From Ignicoccus pacificus DSM 13166 (GTDB lineage: Archaea > Thermoproteota > Thermoprotei_A > Sulfolobales > Ignicoccaceae): 32,000 nt of DNA. The notes beneath the pieces were generated by a model that was not told the origin of the DNA, made no database searches, and saw only the letters and a program-made list of their open reading frames with translations. Location of the stretch: contig CP006868.1 in the NCBI GenBank assembly GCA_025340205.1, positions 1,320,001 through 1,352,000 on the forward strand. The letters run 5' to 3'. Within the stretch, counting starts at the first letter, position 1; each line of letters starts with the position of its first letter. Shown one piece after another: positions 1 through 8,344 of this stretch. The translations under genes and the position numbers were made by a program.

Positions 1-1446
1 CAGCAGCGCCTTGTAGACGAACTTGAAGGCTTCCTTACCGCTTAGTCCCATCTCCCTAGCTACGTCATAGACCAAGTTGTGTATTTCTACAGCGTCCATA
101 TCCTCCTTGAGCTTCTCAGTCAACCTCTTCAGGAACTCACACCCCCTCGGATCCTCTACCTTACCTTGCTTAACCTCAACCTTGTATTCCTCCGGAACGA
201 AGCCTCTCTTGATCCACTCCTCCACGAAGGGAGCTAAGTCCTCAACCGCTTGAGGGTCTCCGGTCAGCTCCTTCACCTTCTCCCAATCTCTATAGATCTG
301 GTAGTAGACGAGGAGGTCGGCAAAGCCGGCCTTCCATACCTTCGCTCCGCTCAGCTCCCAAGCCTTCCTCCTCTTCGGATCCTTGTCCTCGCCTAAGGCG
401 ACCCTCCTGTACTCCTCGTATAGGAGGAGCAAGAACCTCGGATTCATCTTGAAGTTCTTGTTCTCCTTTATATCATGCTTTAGTATGAAGTACATTATTA
501 CGGAGGGGTGAAGCAGCGCCATTATCTCATGTAGAGCTCCTATTCCCTTGCTCTTGCTCATCTTCTTTCCATCCATGAGGACGAATCCGTACCTAAATCC
601 TACTGGGGGCTCCTTTCCGAATATCTCCCTGTGTATCCTCTTCGCGGTGTCCCAAGATCCTCCCTTTGTGAAGTGGTCCACTCCACCTCCTTCGGAGTCA
701 ACTCCTAGGAAGTCTTGGCGGGAAGGCCAATCCAATCTCCAAGCGAGCTTCCAGCGGTGGGAGGAGACCTCCCTAACGCCTTCGTGACCGCAAGCCTCAC
801 ACTTGTAGTATATCTTGTCGTCCTCCACCTTAGTTACCTTGGTCTTATCTATCCTACCGCACTTCTCACATATAGGCTTTATGAAGCCCCACCAGTCCTC
901 TGGAAGCTTTCTCATGGCCGTCTCTTCCATAATCTTTTTCACCTTATCCCTCTCCTTCACGAATAGCCTTAGGTAGTCGTCGTACCACCCTTCCTTGTAG
1001 AGCTCCGAGGCCCTGAACACCTCGTCTGGCTTTATACCGAACTTATCCATGAGCTCCAAGAACTCCGCTAAGAAGTGCTCTCCGTAGCTGTTATGACAGC
1101 CATAAGGATCTGGGACCTCGGCCAGCGGCTTGCCCAAGTAAGGCTTCAGCATTTCTTCTTTATCCTTTAGCGTTAAGGGTATGTCGTCGAAGGCATCCAT
1201 TATATCGGCCACGAATATGAACTCCGCGTCGTAGCCCCTCCTCCTCAGCTCCTGAACTATGGAATAGGGATAGATGAACTCGCTCAAGGTGCCCAAGTGA
1301 GCGGGTCCGGAGGTGGTGAGTCCCGAAGCTACGATGAATGCCTTCCCCTTTCTCTTCTCTATTATCTCGTCCGCTATCTTCTTCAGCCAGTCCACTCTGG
1401 CTCCACCGCCATGAGTTCTTGGAAGCGCTTTAATGGACTCGTTCAC
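1..1446 (-). CDS. lysK: Class I lysyl-tRNA synthetase (N-terminal ~482 codons; C-terminus lies beyond window start)
   Basis: The minus-strand frame is open from the window edge to a GTG at 1446, with AGGAGG 6 nt upstream. It is absent from the ORF track because it is incomplete. My translation shows VDWLKKIADEII..ASGLTTSGPAHLGT (HIGH-type motif), LGKPLAEVPDPYGCHNSYGEHF, Cys knuckles CEKCG...CEACGHEG, and KMSKSKG (KMSKS). This is the layout of archaeal class I LysRS. It overlaps the stop of the upstream ORF by 17 nt. Confidence 0.85.
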   Translation of the reverse strand, partial: MNESIKALPRTHGGGARVDWLKKIADEIIEKRKGKAFIVASGLTTSGPAHLGTLSEFIYPYSIVQELRRRGYDAEFIFVADIMDAFDDIPLTLKDKEEMLKPYLGKPLAEVPDPYGCHNSYGEHFLAEFLELMDKFGIKPDEVFRASELYKEGWYDDYLRLFVKERDKVKKIMEETAMRKLPEDWWGFIKPICEKCGRIDKTKVTKVEDDKIYYKCEACGHEGVREVSSHRWKLAWRLDWPSRQDFLGVDSEGGGVDHFTKGGSWDTAKRIHREIFGKEPPVGFRYGFVLMDGKKMSKSKGIGALHEIMALLHPSVIMYFILKHDIKENKNFKMNPRFLLLLYEEYRRVALGEDKDPKRRKAWELSGAKVWKAGFADLLVYYQIYRDWEKVKELTGDPQAVEDLAPFVEEWIKRGFVPEEYKVEVKQGKVEDPRGCEFLKRLTEKLKEDMDAVEIHNLVYDVAREMGLSGKEAFKFVYKALL

Positions 1447-2662
1447 GATATTCCTCCTGTTTTAACATGTTTTGCACTACTTGCAAAGCGGAGTCATCTT
1501 CCTTTAGCAACTCCCTTGCCATCTCTAACACTTTCCTTCTTTCCTCTCCTTGATATTCTAAAGCTAGGGAAACCAAATCGAGAGCCAATGGTCTATATTG
1601 ATAGTATGGAGGATCGAACTCCCTTTTGTTGTCTATTGTTCTATCGCCCTTTGATCCGATTGTCTTGTAGAAGTAAACGGTACCGTCTTCTAGTCCAAGA
1701 ACCAGCGTAGAGTTCTTCCAATCGAGACCCAAGACCCTTGAAGGGTACCTTTTTTCTATTACTTTATTGAAATTCCTATCAAATATCAATAAACGTTTAT
1801 TATTGTAATCACTTACGGCGAAATACTTACAGTTCGCAGAAAAGGATACTCTCCATCCGCCATTAAGTCCAACGATCTCCTTTACTATTTCGAATTTCTT
1901 ATTGAACGCAAATATGGAGTTTTCTGTACTAACCAGCAACATGTCTTCACAAGCATCAGCATCCCATGCTATTTCACCTAACCTTATTTCTTTAATCAAG
2001 ACGCCACTTTTTCTATCAATAATCTTTATGGATTTGTTAAAAGCCTCCGGAAGAACAAGGTACTCGTTGAAAAGGGCGGGATAACCTTCATACCATCCTC
2101 TAAGACTCCATATTATCTTTCTTCCCTTAACCAAAGCACACTTACTCGCACCACAGGCGAGTACATTCCCATTAGATAGCAAATATATAGTGAAAGAACT
2201 CGGTACCATCAACTCTGACAATACCCTATTGTTCCTATCCATTAGGATAAGGTGTCCGTTCCAGTCTACTGCTGCAAAGATATCATTGTAATAATCCACT
2301 CCTCTAAACTCCTTCCCGTCTCTACAGATCTTGCTTAATATCTCTCCAAAAACCGAAACGATATACACGCAGTTAGAACGCCCAACTATAATCGCCTTCA
2401 TACCTTCGTCATCTAGTTTAAGGTCCCATCCCATCGTATCTAGCTTTACTTTTGAAAATATACAAAGTTTTAAATCATGCTCGTCAGTATTAAATTCACC
2501 TAAAAGAGCATATGAATCATTAGCATCAACTCTTACATGCCCACCTCTAACCTCCGCTAGAAACGATAAGGACGTTTTCAACTTCCCTGAGAAGATATCC
2601 CCTTTGTCGCAACACACGAAGCCGTCTCCCTTTAAGCAGACTATTTCATCCTCCCCGCACAC
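1430..2662 (-). CDS. Hypothetical beta-propeller (WD40/PQQ-like repeat) protein with C-terminal helical tail
   Basis: 410-aa ORF with repeated blade-like segments such as VSFSANCKYFAVSDYNNKRLLIFD and VLGLDWKNSTLVLGLEDGTVYFYK. The last ~60 aa are E/R/K/L-rich and look helical. The body of the gene (about 1700-2650) is much more AT-rich than its flanks. It sits 28 nt downstream of the KaiC-like gene and overlaps lysK. Confidence 0.6.
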   Translation of the reverse strand: MCGEDEIVCLKGDGFVCCDKGDIFSGKLKTSLSFLAEVRGGHVRVDANDSYALLGEFNTDEHDLKLCIFSKVKLDTMGWDLKLDDEGMKAIIVGRSNCVYIVSVFGEILSKICRDGKEFRGVDYYNDIFAAVDWNGHLILMDRNNRVLSELMVPSSFTIYLLSNGNVLACGASKCALVKGRKIIWSLRGWYEGYPALFNEYLVLPEAFNKSIKIIDRKSGVLIKEIRLGEIAWDADACEDMLLVSTENSIFAFNKKFEIVKEIVGLNGGWRVSFSANCKYFAVSDYNNKRLLIFDRNFNKVIEKRYPSRVLGLDWKNSTLVLGLEDGTVYFYKTIGSKGDRTIDNKREFDPPYYQYRPLALDLVSLALEYQGEERRKVLEMARELLKEDDSALQVVQNMLKQEEYRERVH

Positions 2663-2690
2663 TAAACTATTAGTTTTTGATATTAGATTT

Positions 2691-3515
2691 TTACATCCCT
2701 TCCGAAAGTAAACCTTCCATCAGCTCCTCCTCTATCATCTTCCTCTCTATTCCCTTCTTCACACTTTCCACCACCTTTGAAGGCAACGTAACCTCGTCCC
2801 TAGTCGCCTCCACCGGTCCCTTAACCCTCATACCTATTCCATCCACTATCTCGATTTCATGAACCCTAAGGGAGTGAGGGGTCTGCCTCATCTTCTCCAC
2901 TATCACGTACCTTCTCAGCTCCCAGTTCCTTATTACCTTCTTGAACCTAATGATTCCGTCTGCCACGTGCTCTATTCCGAACCCGAAGCCGTAGGAGGTG
3001 GTTATCGCGTATTGAGAGGTGGCCAATATGGTCATGTCCCACTTGCTGAGTATCCTCTTGACCATGTAGCTGTACTTCCTAGCCATTGCTGGTTTGTCCA
3101 GCCAGAATGCGCTCATTGAATCTATTACCAGTCTGGTTCTGCCGTATCCAAGGGCCTTCTTCGCCTCTATTATCTTCCCTATTAGCTCATCTATCGTTAA
3201 TTCCACCATGTTCCACTGATCCCTCTTGTCCCTTAGCAGGGCATCGATGATTATCATCTTCCCTTCCTTCACCGCTTTTTCAAAGTCGAACCCAAACATG
3301 GACGCTTGCCTCATAATGCTCTCTCTGCTCTCCTCCGTGGTTACGTAGATCACCTTATCCCCTTCCAACAATCCCCTCCTGGCGAAGTGAATGCAGAAGA
3401 TGCTCTTCCCCGTGCCGGGCTCTCCTACTACTGCGACCAAGAAGCCCCTTGGTATTCCCCCCGCTATCAGCTTGTCGAAGCCCTTAACCCCGGTGCTCAA
3501 CCTCTCGATGTACAT
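2691..3515 (-). CDS. KaiC-like / RecA-superfamily single-domain ATPase
   Basis: N-terminus RLSTGVKGFDKLIAGGIPRG, Walker A GEPGTGKS, and Walker B-like RLVIDSMSAF. This matches archaeal KaiC/RadA-paralog architecture. I chose the ATG at 3515; the ORF track extends to a TTG at 3545. Confidence 0.85.
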   Translation of the reverse strand: MYIERLSTGVKGFDKLIAGGIPRGFLVAVVGEPGTGKSIFCIHFARRGLLEGDKVIYVTTEESRESIMRQASMFGFDFEKAVKEGKMIIIDALLRDKRDQWNMVELTIDELIGKIIEAKKALGYGRTRLVIDSMSAFWLDKPAMARKYSYMVKRILSKWDMTILATSQYAITTSYGFGFGIEHVADGIIRFKKVIRNWELRRYVIVEKMRQTPHSLRVHEIEIVDGIGMRVKGPVEATRDEVTLPSKVVESVKKGIERKMIEEELMEGLLSEGM

Positions 3516-3712
3516 ACTCGACACCGGTCCAGTACTAGCGAACAAAAGATTTATTAGTGGAGCAGATGCGTTCGTCTCCCTCAGTGCCGGCCTGGTGTCT
3601 TCACCACATCAGCGCTAAGGGGCGGTGACCTCATCGGAAACCGTGGACTCCTAAGAGAGATACGTAAAATTGGTTAGGGAGTGTTATGATAAAGGGAAAG
3701 GTAGATGCTTCG

Positions 3713-4342
3713 TTATTGTTTTTCCCGTATATACTCCTTCTTTATCTTCTCCCACATCTTGGTTACCTCTTCCTCAGCCTTCTTCTTCAGAAGCTCGTAG
3801 AGTTCCTCCGCAGATAGCTTTCCGTTGTGGAGCAACTTGCCGTTAAGCTCGTATGTGGGAACGCTCCTGACTCCTAAGCTATAGAGCATCTGCAATCTCT
3901 TTCCTTTGTCCACGTGGATAATTTCGATGTTGAGGTTCTTAGTTCCCGCAATCCTTCCGAGCTCCTTGAGCACGAAGTAGCACGGGAGGCCCGGATATAC
4001 GTAAACCCTCAAGTTCATCGGAACCGGTAGCGGATCGAACTTCTCCGGCTCTCTTGCTCCAGAAAGGTAGAGCAAGAGGGTCCCCATTCCGTATAGCAGT
4101 ATTCCTTCCAAGGGTCCGTAGAACGTGACCTCCCCATTAGGGCCCTTGGGCTTTACGTAAGGTATCTTCCAATCCTCATCCGGCTTTTGGCCTTTTACCA
4201 CCTCCACGTTCGGTAGGAGCGCTAACTTGGAGGACGCTCCCTCAGGGTACTCCTCTATGACCACCTTCCCTCCTTTGATCATTTCCTTGGTTATCTCTCC
4301 AAGGTCCATTACACCGAAGTACTTGAGCAAGGCCTCCAGCAT
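3713..4342 (-). CDS. Hypothetical protein with a thioredoxin-fold-like C-terminal half (single Cys in place of CxxC)
   Basis: 209-aa ORF with native-like codon usage. The C-terminal half contains VYVYPGLPCYFV ... VRSVPTYELNGKLLHNG, a cis-Pro VPT pattern typical of glutaredoxin-like folds, but with only one Cys. The functional call is weak. Confidence 0.5.
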   Translation of the reverse strand: MLEALLKYFGVMDLGEITKEMIKGGKVVIEEYPEGASSKLALLPNVEVVKGQKPDEDWKIPYVKPKGPNGEVTFYGPLEGILLYGMGTLLLYLSGAREPEKFDPLPVPMNLRVYVYPGLPCYFVLKELGRIAGTKNLNIEIIHVDKGKRLQMLYSLGVRSVPTYELNGKLLHNGKLSAEELYELLKKKAEEEVTKMWEKIKKEYIREKQ

Positions 4343-4430
4343 TCCGTTAGCCCCTACTAATCAGGCGGTCAAGAGGGTAAAAGGTGAGCGCTCCTTTTAG
4401 TTCCCCCTCTGATCATCTGAGGGTCTTGAA

Positions 4431-5978
4431 GTGAAGAGAATACTTATTCCCACGAGCAAGAGGCTTGAGGAAGTAATAAGGAGTTCCCTTCCGGTTCCAG
4501 AAGGCTATGAGGTAGAGGTTTGGGGATTGCCTATAGACGTTGTGGCGTTGCTGAGGCCTAGGAGCTTAGTCCAGCTCCTCAAGATGGAGGCCGAGAAGAG
4601 GGGAACTTCCTTGGATACCTTTGACTACATCTTAGTTTCGGGAATGATACCAGGAGACATGAGGGAGGTCGAGAAGGAGATAGGCGTTCCCGTTTACAAG
4701 GGGACCAGAACCCTCTCGGAGCTCAAGGCCTTGATGAAACACTTGCCCGAGCTCGAGGAAAGGCTTAGTCCTCTGAAGCCCTTGGAGGAGGAGCTTAGGA
4801 GTTACTTGCTAGACGAGTTCGTCAAGGAATTGAATTCCATATCCTTTGAGGAGGCCTTCTCCTTAGGTCCACTTAAGGTTCCCAAGAGAGGACCTCCCTT
4901 CCTCCTAGGGGCGGAAGTCCTCGAGAACGAGCCCCTAGAGGAGAAGCTCCACAAGGCCTCTCAAGTAGCCGACTTCGTCATAATAGGCTCCTCCTCCATC
5001 TCTCCTGACCCATCCAAGGTCCCATCCCTCCTCAAGCTCGCAGAGAAGTACTTCAAGGTAATTGCCTTCGATTCAATGTTTGCTGAAGAACTCAACGAGG
5101 CCTGCTCCAAGGGAGCTGATTTAGTCTTGTCCTTAGACGAGTACAAGGCCGAAAGGGTAAAGTGTGAGGCAGCGGTGGTCATTCCGGGCAACTCAGCTAA
5201 GGGCTACTGGCCCTTAAGCGCTAGGGAGAAGGTCGAATCGTTAAAGAGGAACTTGGAGAAGGCTAAGGAGAGCGTGGAGAAGGTATTGGTAGATCCCGTC
5301 CTCTCCCCTCCTTGGAACTTGTTGGAGAGCTTGATAGCGTACAAGGAGCTGTCAGCTCTCAACTACCCAATGATGATGGGGCTGAGCAACGTAGTGGAGC
5401 TAGTGGACTTCGACTCTCCAGGGGTTAACTCCCTCTTGGTAACCTTAGCTGCCGAGCTTGGAGTAAGCGTCCTCATGGTCACCGAGCACAGCGACAAGTG
5501 CTTGGACTCCTGGTATGAGGTGAAGGTGGCTTCAGCTATGGCAAGCGTGGCTAAGAACAAGGGAACTCTTCCCAAGGATTTAGGGATGGACATGTTAATA
5601 GTGAAGGAAAAGAGGAGGGAAGAGCTCAAGTTCGAGGAGAGGGGAGAGAGGATAGAAGTAAAGGACTACTCCTTCCCGCTAGAGGATTCTATAGTTAGAA
5701 TATGGGTAGATGGAAGCGTGAAGGTGAACGTAGAGAAGGGAGGGAAGATCTACCATCTGGAAGGCGATCCGTACCTCATAGGGAAGACGCTAGTAGGGGA
5801 GGGATTGGTCAACAGTCCCTCTCATGCCTTCTACTTGGGCTGGGAACTCCACAAGGCCTTTATCGCTAAGAAGCTGAACAAGGGCTACGTACAAGAAAGG
5901 CCCCTCAAGTTCGAGGGGAGCAAGGAGAAGTGGGAGGAGCTGAGGAGGAGACAAAAACGTCCCAATGGGATGACTTGA
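4431..5978 (+). CDS. Dihydropteroate synthase-like pterin-binding protein with C-terminal DUF4346-like domain
   Basis: 515 aa with a GTG start. The pterin-binding-type segment reads MMMGLSNVVELVDFDSPGVNSLLVTLAAELGVSVLMVTEHS. The C-terminal segment reads IVRIWVD...SPSHAFYLGWELHKAFIAKKLNKGYVQERPL, which resembles the domain appended to archaeal DHPS-related (methanopterin/folate-branch) enzymes. Confidence 0.65.
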   Translation: MKRILIPTSKRLEEVIRSSLPVPEGYEVEVWGLPIDVVALLRPRSLVQLLKMEAEKRGTSLDTFDYILVSGMIPGDMREVEKEIGVPVYKGTRTLSELKALMKHLPELEERLSPLKPLEEELRSYLLDEFVKELNSISFEEAFSLGPLKVPKRGPPFLLGAEVLENEPLEEKLHKASQVADFVIIGSSSISPDPSKVPSLLKLAEKYFKVIAFDSMFAEELNEACSKGADLVLSLDEYKAERVKCEAAVVIPGNSAKGYWPLSAREKVESLKRNLEKAKESVEKVLVDPVLSPPWNLLESLIAYKELSALNYPMMMGLSNVVELVDFDSPGVNSLLVTLAAELGVSVLMVTEHSDKCLDSWYEVKVASAMASVAKNKGTLPKDLGMDMLIVKEKRREELKFEERGERIEVKDYSFPLEDSIVRIWVDGSVKVNVEKGGKIYHLEGDPYLIGKTLVGEGLVNSPSHAFYLGWELHKAFIAKKLNKGYVQERPLKFEGSKEKWEELRRRQKRPNGMT

Positions 5979-5990
5979 AGGAATGGGAAC

Positions 5991-6746
5991 TTGATACCAA
6001 TAGGGGACATAAACCCAGTTAGAAGGAAACCAATAGTGAATACGATATTAATAGCGATAAACGTAGCAGTTTTCGTAATATTCGAATTACCCTACATCCT
6101 CAGCGGCAACATGCTGGGCCTCGACCACTTCATCAAGACCTACGGCCTAGTTCCCTACTTCGTGCTTAACGGAGAGAGGCTCTACACCTTGTTCACCCAC
6201 ATGTGGGTTCACGCAAGCATAGAGCACATAGCGGGCAACATGCTGTTCTTGGCTATCTTCGGCGATAACGTGGAATCCTTGCTGGGCCACAAGAGGTACT
6301 TGCTCCTCTACATACTCTCCGGTTTAGCTGCCGCCGGCTTCCACTTAGCTTCCATATGCCTAATGCCGAAGGCGACGCTGAACCCCTACCTAACCCAGAA
6401 CCCGTGGCTCACGCCGGCAGTTGGAGCCTCCGGAGCGATAAGCGGAGTCCTAGCGGCTTACTTCCTCTTCTATCCTAGGGCGCTAGTGAAGGTACTGATA
6501 TTCATACCGTTCCCGTTCCTCATACTGATACCCGCCGAGTACTTCCTGGGCTTCTGGTTCCTCTGGCAGCTCATGGAGGGTACTTGGAGCTTGGTGGGAG
6601 TTCCCAGCGGAGTGGCTTGGTGGGCCCACATAGGAGGGTTCTTGATGGGGGCCATACTGGCCTACTTCTTAGTGGACAGAAAGGAAGTGGAGATACACAG
6701 GAGGTTATCGAGATACGCCTTCGCAACCAGAGGGTTCTTTTTATAA
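5991..6746 (+). CDS. Rhomboid family intramembrane serine protease
   Basis: Polytopic hydrophobic protein carrying HMWVHASIEHIAGNMLFLAIFG (H..xxN motif), GASGAISGVLAAY (catalytic GxSG) and AHIGGFLMG (catalytic His helix). TTG start. Confidence 0.9.
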   Translation: MIPIGDINPVRRKPIVNTILIAINVAVFVIFELPYILSGNMLGLDHFIKTYGLVPYFVLNGERLYTLFTHMWVHASIEHIAGNMLFLAIFGDNVESLLGHKRYLLLYILSGLAAAGFHLASICLMPKATLNPYLTQNPWLTPAVGASGAISGVLAAYFLFYPRALVKVLIFIPFPFLILIPAEYFLGFWFLWQLMEGTWSLVGVPSGVAWWAHIGGFLMGAILAYFLVDRKEVEIHRRLSRYAFATRGFFL

Positions 6747-7022
6747 CATAGTTCTCCTGTCCTCCCTGCTGGTAATCATGAACAGCTCCTCATCGCTCTC
6801 CTCGACTTGATAGACCTCGTAGGTGCCCAGGCCCCTTATCCTACCCTTCCTAGCAGCCATCTTGAACACCTTCTCCGCGAGCTCCTCGGAGCCGTCCAGT
6901 GTGAACATGAACCTTATCTCGTCCCCCTTAACCAAGAACACTATCTTGGGGACGAAGTTAAGTCCCTCTACCTTCTGCAGGCTCTCCTCGAGCCTCTTCA
7001 TAGCCTTCAAGCAGTCTCTCAT
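6741..7022 (-). CDS. Small hypothetical protein (93 aa), paralog of the adjacent upstream ORF
   Basis: Its start overlaps the stop of ORF 7019-7249 by 4 nt (ATGA). It shares the pattern LKA(L/M)K.L...L, then PK(L/I)V..V.G, then R..G..YE(I/V) with that ORF. Confidence 0.55.
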   Translation of the reverse strand: MRDCLKAMKRLEESLQKVEGLNFVPKIVFLVKGDEIRFMFTLDGSEELAEKVFKMAARKGRIRGLGTYEVYQVEESDEELFMITSREDRRTML

Positions 7023-7249
7023 TTGTCTTCACCCATCACTATTTCGTATACGTACGCCCTACCTATATGCCTTAGAGACCCTTCCTTCGAGGATATGTCG
7101 AACAACCTTACCGTGTTCTCCTTTTTCACGTTCTCCAACAAAATACCTATTTCCTTAGCCCTCCCGGGCACCTCAACTATGACGAGCTTGGGATCATATC
7201 CCTCCAACTCCTTCAAAAGGGTCTTGAGTGCCTTAAGTCGTTCTTCCAC
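7019..7249 (-). CDS. Small hypothetical protein (76 aa)
   Basis: GTG start. It lies first in a two-gene cassette of related small alpha/beta-looking proteins, downstream of an AT-rich region containing CTATAAAAG on the minus strand. Confidence 0.5.
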   Translation of the reverse strand: MEERLKALKTLLKELEGYDPKLVIVEVPGRAKEIGILLENVKKENTVRLFDISSKEGSLRHIGRAYVYEIVMGEDK

Positions 7250-7354
7250 AGCGCTCAGCCTAATTCGACTAATGTTTAACTCAAAATAACTCTTACGTAA
7301 TTATTTAACACTAGATGGAGACTCACTTCTCAATTGTCTTTTATAGTTCAATTT

Positions 7355-7370
7355 GGGGGGGGGGGGGGGG
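7355..7370. repeat. Homopolymer G16 (C16 on the coding strand of the flanking genes)
   Basis: Counted directly: atttGGGGGGGGGGGGGGGGtcta. It starts 1 nt after the TAG stop of ORF 7372-8289 and lies about 8 nt upstream of a minus-strand TATAAAAG. Confidence 0.95.
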
Positions 7371-7371
7371 T

Positions 7372-8289
7372 CTAACCTATCACACTTCTGGAATAGGGAG
7401 GCAAGCTCGTAATGCCCAATGATCCCTCACCTTTCGCCATTACCGTCAAAGTCAACACTTGGGGAGCGGTATTCCTCGTCACATATATGCCATCGCACAT
7501 TAGCATCTCATCAGCATTCTGAATTACCACTCTCTCCTTTCCTTCATCGCTCTCTTTATACCAGTAGACGCTCTCGCCTATCGCGACGGTTACGTTCCCA
7601 TGACACTTGATCTTCAGTGCCCATCCTGGAGACAGCTGCTCGACCACCATGAAGAAGCCGTTTACCTCTTCCCTCTCCTTCTGCATAGGACACGTTGTTA
7701 TTATCATTGTTCTCGTGAGGGTTACCGTGAGCATCAGAGTCTTCGTGGTGCTGTAGGTCTTAGTTATCGTCCTCTCGGTGACTTCTCTAGTCTTGACCGT
7801 TATCGTTACTGGATCAGCTGGCTCCACCACTATCGTCCTTTCGCTTATCACATCCGTCGAGATTGTACTTATCATTGTAGTTATCAGCGTGGTCGTCTCG
7901 TGCGTAACCCAGCTTATCAAGGTCTTGGTAAGCGTTATCGTCTTCACTCGCTCCACCACTTTACTCAGCGTCGTAACTATCGACGTAGTTAGATTCATCT
8001 GCTTGGTTACGGTAACTACCTTCAGAGCGGCCGAGGTAACAGTTATCATCTTTGTTAGCGTCTTCGTCACTATCTTTAGTGTACTGCTCAGCTCCTTCTT
8101 AATGGTACCTAAATCATCGCTTATCGATCGGTACTGATGACTCAGCTGATCCTTGAAGTCGTTGATTTCCCTAGCCATGATGTTTATGCTATAGTCCAAG
8201 TTAGCTAAAGCGCTCAAGAGCGCCACAAGCGTCAGCACTAACACGAACGCCGCTATCGCTACTAGCCACAAGGGATCCTCTTCGCTCAT
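7372..8289 (-). CDS. Membrane-anchored surface protein: N-terminal TM, coiled coil, Thr/Val-rich stalk, Cys-containing C-terminal beta domain
   Basis: The TM helix is LWLVAIAAFVLVLTLVALLSALA. A heptad-like segment follows, then about 130 aa of T/V/K/I low complexity (TKTLTKMITVTS..., KTITLTKTL..., MLTVTLTRTMIITT). The C-terminal domain contains ALKIKCHGNVTVAIGESVYWY. That domain resembles the C-terminus of ORF 27115-28272. Confidence 0.7.
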   Translation of the reverse strand: MSEEDPLWLVAIAAFVLVLTLVALLSALANLDYSINIMAREINDFKDQLSHQYRSISDDLGTIKKELSSTLKIVTKTLTKMITVTSAALKVVTVTKQMNLTTSIVTTLSKVVERVKTITLTKTLISWVTHETTTLITTMISTISTDVISERTIVVEPADPVTITVKTREVTERTITKTYSTTKTLMLTVTLTRTMIITTCPMQKEREEVNGFFMVVEQLSPGWALKIKCHGNVTVAIGESVYWYKESDEGKERVVIQNADEMLMCDGIYVTRNTAPQVLTLTVMAKGEGSLGITSLPPYSRSVIG

Positions 8290-8344
8290 GCTCCCGTTCT
8301 TTGACTCTCTTCCTTCCCTTTCAACTTCTCATTTACATAGGAAG

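Noticed and set aside
3546-3712. A possible C/D-box sRNA or other ncRNA in the 167-nt gap between the KaiC-like gene and the thioredoxin-like gene. The minus strand reads CGATGAG ... CTGA TGTGGTGA ... CTGA.
   Set aside because: The box sequences deviate from RUGAUGA/CUGA, and the spacers are about 16-17 nt rather than the archaeal ~12 nt. There is no terminal stem or kink-turn. It cannot be supported by eye.
7419-8137. Several + strand ORFs (7419-7610, 7600-7992, 7778-8137) antisense to the Thr-rich surface protein gene.
   Set aside because: They are low-complexity mirror frames of the repetitive ACN/GTN-rich coding sequence on the minus strand, with no independent start context or motifs.
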